From assembly GCA_016235455.1 (NCBI GenBank), contig JACRKZ010000156.1, positions 1-52,903 of the forward strand: DNA of 52,903 nucleotides. Direction: 5' to 3'. The notes under the pieces are model-generated. The model was given only the letters and a program-made list of their open reading frames with translations, was not told where the DNA came from and did no database searches. The translations under genes and the position numbers were made by a program. Within the stretch, counting starts at the first letter, position 1. Each line of letters starts with the position of its first letter. The stretch is from Armatimonadota bacterium (GTDB lineage: Bacteria; Armatimonadota; UBA10988). Below are positions 47,733-52,903 of this stretch, in pieces.

Positions 47733-49151
47733 CTACTTGCCGTGCTCGGCCCACGCCGCAGACAGGTTGGCCAGTTGCAGCCTTCCGTCCACGAAGTAGA
47801 GCAACTCACGCTCGGCCGTGGCCGCCAGCGCTTTCAACTGCGCACTCTCCTCCGTTCCCGTGTCTTCCCGGTCGGTCGGCCACGCCGTCTCCAGCGCTCG
47901 ACCGTCGGCGTCGGGCGACCACAGGTAGTAGGTCGGGTACTCGGCCCACGGCTCCATCTCGCCACCCTCCATGTGCGTGCCCGTGATCTTGCCTTTGTAC
48001 GTGGCCCGCCAATCTACCAGTTGCCGAACGCCGTCGCGCCAGTCGACGACCAAGGCTTGCACCATGATCTCCTCGTCGAACGGCCCATCGTCACGCACAG
48101 ACGCTGCCGGCTTCTCGCCCACCATGGCTGCTCGGCCTCGCCAGGTGTAGGCCAGGCCGGCGCCATCGGCCAGAAGCACGCCGTGCCTGGTCTCGGCGCC
48201 GAGCACTGCGGGCGGGCCAACTTCGGCCACCGGCCGCGGCTCGGACGGGATGACCTTGACCGCCGCCGGTCGCACCGTGCCTGGCGCGGTCGGAGTCAGC
48301 GTGAACACCGTCACGTTGCCAAAACGGTCTGCTGGCGCATCGCCCCGGTCGGCGTCGACGGCTTCGTCGGTCAGGCCACCGGCAGCGGACACTGCCACCA
48401 CGAACTTCTCCCCCAGTCGCGTGACAGGTTCGAGGAAGCCACCACCAAACTGATCGCTGGGCTCAGCGCGCATGCCTTGCGGCAGGCGCGCCACGGCCAC
48501 CTCTCTGCCAACGCAATCATAGATGCGGACATGGCCCTTCAGGCGCACATCGGCCGTCGCGCCAGTTTCGTCGGCCGTGTAGTCGCGGAATCGTGCGGTA
48601 TAGACCTGACGCAGTGGTTCAGTCGCCGGCCCAGCGACACCCAGGGGCACGCACAGCCCGTCGCGCCACATGCAGCCGCGCAGGTCCTTGCGATCCCATC
48701 TGGCCTGAGCCATGAGCCAGCCGGAGGGCGTGGATCTCCAGACGAACGTACCCTCGTCATCGAACTGCTCGGGTGGCACGCGCAGTTTCTGCACCTTGAT
48801 CGACCCAGTGTCCCACCGCAACCAGTGGAACCACTCACTCTCTTCGGTGTAGAACAGCGCCTGCTTGGCACCGCCGACGGCGCCGGGTTGGCTGCATCGC
48901 CCAGGTCGGAAGAGAGTTGATCGCTGGCCGGTCAAAGGCAGGCGGCTGTCGATGCCGCGCAACCAGGCCTGCCAAGCGTGCAGCAAGGGCTTGGAGCTCG
49001 GTGCTTTGGCCAAGCCAGCCACGGGTGGAGGCGGCGGGCCAACGGGCTCGACATCACCCACCTTGCCCACCACGGGACCGACGGCCAAGCCGGCCAACAA
49101 GGCAAAGACCGTTTGCCTTAGCAGAGCAGAGACAGACTCATGGCGTGTCAT
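47733..49151 (-). CDS. Hypothetical exported protein; candidate immunity/accessory protein
   Basis: Hydrophobic N-terminal signal followed by a Pro-rich linker; 472-aa ORF; atypical codon usage. Confidence 0.6.
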   Translation of the reverse strand: MTRHESVSALLRQTVFALLAGLAVGPVVGKVGDVEPVGPPPPPVAGLAKAPSSKPLLHAWQAWLRGIDSRLPLTGQRSTLFRPGRCSQPGAVGGAKQALFYTEESEWFHWLRWDTGSIKVQKLRVPPEQFDDEGTFVWRSTPSGWLMAQARWDRKDLRGCMWRDGLCVPLGVAGPATEPLRQVYTARFRDYTADETGATADVRLKGHVRIYDCVGREVAVARLPQGMRAEPSDQFGGGFLEPVTRLGEKFVVAVSAAGGLTDEAVDADRGDAPADRFGNVTVFTLTPTAPGTVRPAAVKVIPSEPRPVAEVGPPAVLGAETRHGVLLADGAGLAYTWRGRAAMVGEKPAASVRDDGPFDEEIMVQALVVDWRDGVRQLVDWRATYKGKITGTHMEGGEMEPWAEYPTYYLWSPDADGRALETAWPTDREDTGTEESAQLKALAATAERELLYFVDGRLQLANLSAAWAEHGK

Positions 49152-49233
49152 TGGATTCCCTCTAGTCGACAGCCGGAGAGGACCTGCCGCCGGTGCGGCG
49201 ACGCCAGGCCCCCTCCCGTGCTGCTGCTCCCCG

Positions 49234-52032
49234 CTAGTCCTTGTCGGGCACCCTGTAGCTCCGGTAGATCACGGGCTTGTTCTGGCCTGCGTAGTAGGGA
49301 CTAGTGCCCAACACGTAGTCAGGACCTGGATTGCCCGTCACGTACAGCGGAAGCGGTCCTTGGCCGCTCTTGTACTCGTTCATCCGCTGCTTGACGCGGT
49401 CGAGCCACCCGGACTCGCCCCAACCGCCCTTGTCCTGGTGGTCGCCGTAGCCCATGAACCAGAGGAACTTACCGGGGTCTTGGATGCCGATGCAGCCTTG
49501 CGTCCCACGATGACCGGAATCGAAGTGGACGCGCAGGATGTGGCGCCAGTCCGCCGCCGTCGCATTGGCACCGCACGTACCGTTGTCATTGTAGTCGGCG
49601 AGTTCGTGATGGTCGTCGCCACCGGCTTCGTTCTTGATCATCTTCCGGTCGTAGTTCCAACGGTTGCTGCCCGGGGCTTTGAAGTCCATGCCGGTCTTCC
49701 CAGGCGGCTTGTCGTTGTTGGGGTGCCCTTGCATCAAAGCGCCCAGGTGGTACGGGTACTTCCACGTTCCGTCTGCATGGTTCCGGTTCTCGTACACGGT
49801 CTTGGAGCCCGGGGTTGGCCCGTTGCCGTTTTCGCCCGTCCATTGCTGTGCGGGATCATTGGTGTTCATTCTGGCCCCTTGGCCGCTCCAGTAGGCCATG
49901 GGCGAGTCCTGATGCCACTCACCTCCAGGTATCTGAGTCCATCCAGAGGCCTGGTGCTCCATCTTGCGCTGGACCAGATAGAGGTGGCTGGCCTCGGTGC
50001 TGCTGCCAGAGTGCTGGGCCCATAGATAGACGTCGTACCTACGCTCGGTCTTGTTCTTGTTGCGCGGCAGCATCGGCTTTGGTTGCCGCGACCGATTGGT
50101 TGCCGCGTGGGTATCCTTGGACTGGATCACGAAGATGCAGCGCTTGCCTTCCTCGGACTCCTCGCCGTCACTGTACTTGATTTCGACGGCATCGTCGCCG
50201 CTCTTCTCAATGCCATCGAACGGCCCGAACACCTTCAGGGTTCCGTCGATGCCGTAGTGGAACCGCACCCACGTCGACGCCGGAAGGGGCGTCTCCGTGA
50301 GCCGGTAGCTCAAGAGGAAGTACAGGGCTGGGGCCTGGCCATCATCTTCTCTGCCGTCTTCGTCGCTAAGCGGGTCGGTGCCCTCATCCTCTGTGGAGCC
50401 TTCGGCTCCCGTCGGCACCGCTTCGCCGATGTTGGACAGCCCGAGGTTAGCCCAGTCAACATGCAGCGCGCCGGACCGGTACGTTGCCATATCGTAGTCA
50501 GCGTACTGAACCAGTTGGATCTCGAACGTATACATCCCTTCGTCCGGCAAGACCAGAGCAGGTTGGTACTGCGCGTCATAGCCGTTCACCAGCCCGTCCC
50601 ACGTCACACTGGCGGTGGTGCCGGTGAATGTCGTGGTCAAGGTGCGGACGGGAGTCGAATCGTCCGTCCGGTTGGTCGGGAAGATGCGGACCTCCGCGTT
50701 GATCGGCTGACTGGTGTCGTTGTCGGCCACAGTGAAGCCGATGGACACGTCCCCGGTGTGGTTCGCGCTACGCGGGAAGTAGTCGTCGCAGGTCACACCA
50801 GTGACGACAAGGTTGACCAGGTCCACGGCTACCGTGGCTGTCGCCGTGCCGTCGTGCGCCGCATCAACCGGCTTCTCGCCCATGTGGATGGGATCGCCCC
50901 AGGGGTTGCTGATCACGGCGCAGACCTTGATGTCCGTCGGCCCGTTGCGCCACTGGCAGTTCGAGTCACCATTGCCATAGCCAGCAGACATCCACTGGTA
51001 CGTGACCTCCTGGGTCATCGTCACCCAGTTCTCATCGTAGGTGGTCTGACCGTACTGCCACCCCGACAGGCCGTCGCCGTCGTACAGGAGGACCGACCGT
51101 TGCGCGTCGGCATCCCAGGTCCACATGGTCAGGTGCATCAGGTCGCAGGCGCCGGGCTGGGTCTTGATGCGTAGCTTGATCGGCACGTTGCCACCAGTCG
51201 TCGCGCCGGCCTCGGGTGTCAGGAACTGCAGAGAGACACCCGGTTCGAGCCGTGTCAAGGCGACCTCTACCGTGGTTTCCGAGCCGTTCTCAACGCTGGC
51301 GGTCGCCTCCACGTATCCGCGATAGCCCGTACCGTACTTGGCCGGCGCGCTGACCCGGACCTTGTAGCTCCCGCCGTAGACGTAGCTGAAGGTCGCGTTG
51401 CCATCGGAGTCGGTCTGCACGCCCGAGCCGATGCTGTAGGTGCCGTCGGCGTTCATCAGCGTCACATACAAGCCGGCAACGGGGGCCGGCGCGTTCTCCG
51501 CGCCCGTATCCACCACATGCACCGCCACACTGCCCGGCGTGCTCGTCGGCGGAGGAGGAGGAGGTGGTGGCGGCGGAGGAGGAGGTGGCGGTGGAGGTGG
51601 CGGCGTGCCATCGCCCACGCTCACGCTGAACTGCGTGCTGCCCGTGCCGGTGCCCAGGCCTTCGGCGGTGACCACGGCCTGCACGGTGAAGCGGTAGTTA
51701 CCGGCGGTGCCAAAGCACATGCTCAGGCTGGCGTAGTTGGTGCCCGTGCTCTGCACGCTGACCCCGCCCGCGGTGACCCAGTTCTCACCGTCCTGCCGCT
51801 CGCAGGCGGTGACCGACCACTCGGCCGTGGAGTTCGTCATGGTCTGGGTCTGCGGGTAGGCACTCACGTAGCCAGTGTAGGTCTGCCCGGTGACGTACGG
51901 CCCGTAGCCCGGATAGCCGTAGACCGACACTCCGAAATCATCCGCCCAGGCCGGCGCGCCCAGCGCACCGACGAGCAGACTCAGCAACCCCACCAGGTGG
52001 ATATACCCCCCCCCCGGTGTCCCAATGAACAT
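49234..52032 (-). CDS. Large secreted multidomain protein: Ig-like domains, poly-Pro linker, C-terminal L,D-transpeptidase/Tlde1-like domain
   Basis: Signal ...LVGLLSLLVGALGAPAWA; TDSDGNATF..V.GG.Y.V.VSAP (carboxypeptidase-regulatory-like); VRTL...VTWDG...EG.YTF (FlgD Ig-like); C-terminal RVHFDSGHRGTQGCIGI. Confidence 0.75.
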   Translation of the reverse strand: MFIGTPGGGYIHLVGLLSLLVGALGAPAWADDFGVSVYGYPGYGPYVTGQTYTGYVSAYPQTQTMTNSTAEWSVTACERQDGENWVTAGGVSVQSTGTNYASLSMCFGTAGNYRFTVQAVVTAEGLGTGTGSTQFSVSVGDGTPPPPPPPPPPPPPPPPPPPTSTPGSVAVHVVDTGAENAPAPVAGLYVTLMNADGTYSIGSGVQTDSDGNATFSYVYGGSYKVRVSAPAKYGTGYRGYVEATASVENGSETTVEVALTRLEPGVSLQFLTPEAGATTGGNVPIKLRIKTQPGACDLMHLTMWTWDADAQRSVLLYDGDGLSGWQYGQTTYDENWVTMTQEVTYQWMSAGYGNGDSNCQWRNGPTDIKVCAVISNPWGDPIHMGEKPVDAAHDGTATATVAVDLVNLVVTGVTCDDYFPRSANHTGDVSIGFTVADNDTSQPINAEVRIFPTNRTDDSTPVRTLTTTFTGTTASVTWDGLVNGYDAQYQPALVLPDEGMYTFEIQLVQYADYDMATYRSGALHVDWANLGLSNIGEAVPTGAEGSTEDEGTDPLSDEDGREDDGQAPALYFLLSYRLTETPLPASTWVRFHYGIDGTLKVFGPFDGIEKSGDDAVEIKYSDGEESEEGKRCIFVIQSKDTHAATNRSRQPKPMLPRNKNKTERRYDVYLWAQHSGSSTEASHLYLVQRKMEHQASGWTQIPGGEWHQDSPMAYWSGQGARMNTNDPAQQWTGENGNGPTPGSKTVYENRNHADGTWKYPYHLGALMQGHPNNDKPPGKTGMDFKAPGSNRWNYDRKMIKNEAGGDDHHELADYNDNGTCGANATAADWRHILRVHFDSGHRGTQGCIGIQDPGKFLWFMGYGDHQDKGGWGESGWLDRVKQRMNEYKSGQGPLPLYVTGNPGPDYVLGTSPYYAGQNKPVIYRSYRVPDKD
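51547..51603 (-). repeat. Trinucleotide (CCN)19 run encoding 19 consecutive prolines
   Basis: Counted directly from the sequence. Confidence 0.95.
52006..52015 (-). repeat. G10 homopolymer in the 5' coding region of the large secreted gene
   Basis: C10 on the plus strand; no comparable run noticed elsewhere in the window. Confidence 0.95.
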
Positions 52033-52249
52033 CTCATGGGATCACTCCCCTTGCACCAGCCGAGTCGGCGTCGCCAACTCGGGTACGACCCGTCCGCCGC
52101 GCTGACCCACAACGTCCCGCGGCGGCCACCGGCACAAGCCTGCATGATGCGCCAGCGGCTTGTCAAGTGAACTTGGGTTCTCTATGCAACAGAGGCGCAA
52201 CGCAGGCGTCAGTGGTACGCAGTAGGGGCGTGTATTAGCGACTGGAAGC

Positions 52250-52903
52250 CTAACCCACCCCATCCAACCGCAACAGCGCTGCCACCACCGCCCGCGTCGC
52301 CAGCGCCACGTTCTCGATATCCACGCCGGCGAAGTCGTCGCGTTCGTCGTGGTACCAGCGGTGGGCATAGGGCCAGGAGCCCAGGCACTTGATGGCGTGG
52401 CGGTAGCCGGCGTTGATGAACATGCCGTCGTCGTCGTTGGGCCGCTCGGCGGTGGCCACCGAGGTGGCCAAGGGCAGGCCGAAGTCGGCGACGACCTGAG
52501 TGATCAGTTCGGCGAACGGGCGGCCTTCGTCGTGGGTGTAGACGCTGACGTTGGTGCGGCGGCCGGCGGCGTGGTCGGCTTCGCTACGGCCGCCGAGGCT
52601 GTCGATGTTGAAGATCGCGTCGAGCTGCTCGCCCCGCTCGGCCGCGGCCAGCGCGGCGGGGTAGCTGGTCCAGGGCGTATGCTCCTCGTTGCACCACAGC
52701 AGCCACAGGCTATGGTCGAGCGGCACCGCGGCCAGGACGCGGGCGATCTCGAGCAGGGCCACCGTGCCCACGCCGTTGTCATAGGCGCCGGGGCAGTCGA
52801 CCCAGCTCTGGGAATCCTTGTGGGCGATGAGCACCAGCGAGCGCTCGGGGCAGCGGTGGCCGGGCCGGCGGAGCGACAGGTTGTCCGCGTCGTACCACGG
52901 GTC
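52250..52903 (-). CDS. M28-family metallopeptidase (5'-truncated by the window edge)
   Basis: LIAHKDS, PGAYDNGVG, NEEH, FNIDSLG, YHDERD zinc-ligand motifs. Confidence 0.85.
   Translation of the reverse strand, partial: DPWYDADNLSLRRPGHRCPERSLVLIAHKDSQSWVDCPGAYDNGVGTVALLEIARVLAAVPLDHSLWLLWCNEEHTPWTSYPAALAAAERGEQLDAIFNIDSLGGRSEADHAAGRRTNVSVYTHDEGRPFAELITQVVADFGLPLATSVATAERPNDDDGMFINAGYRHAIKCLGSWPYAHRWYHDERDDFAGVDIENVALATRAVVAALLRLDGVG

Noticed and set aside
49234-52032. Rhs/YD-repeat or T6SS effector
   Set aside because: No YD repeats, DPxG cleavage motif, PAAR or VgrG; it has a Sec-type signal instead.

Overview
High-GC bacterial chromosomal window, almost fully coding. The gene mix suggests an Armatimonadota/PVC-like heterotroph (inference only). 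The left third is mostly secreted carbohydrate-active enzymes (DUF4038, GH9, GH29, GH78-like, DUF4832), plus a qNor nitric-oxide reductase and a large PAS/GAF hybrid kinase. The middle is housekeeping and metabolic: hpnA-like, GlmL-like, lipoate ligase-gcvH, grpE, aroF, mnmA. Next come a complete hdrCBA-flx(DC)BA electron-bifurcation cluster, DUF2997/DUF1257, mntP and a serine hydrolase. A compositionally atypical three-gene secreted locus ends the window. Most striking: a small SEC-C zinc-finger gene (18004-18250, minus) only gives a coherent protein, from its strong Shine-Dalgarno start to its stop and with an intact CPCGSGxxFxxCC motif, if one base is skipped at each of four TTTC sites, all at Phe codons. 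This is a candidate multi-site +1 recoding gene. Also notable: a candidate polymorphic toxin with an L,D-transpeptidase/Tlde1-like C-terminus, a G10 tract in its signal-peptide region and two exported partner genes; a 67-bp degenerate direct repeat bracketing the qNor cassette; a REP-like palindrome inserted in frame in mnmA; and several short-period intergenic palindromes. No rRNA, tRNA, CRISPR array or transposase was recognised. All calls come from motif recognition by eye, without database searches.
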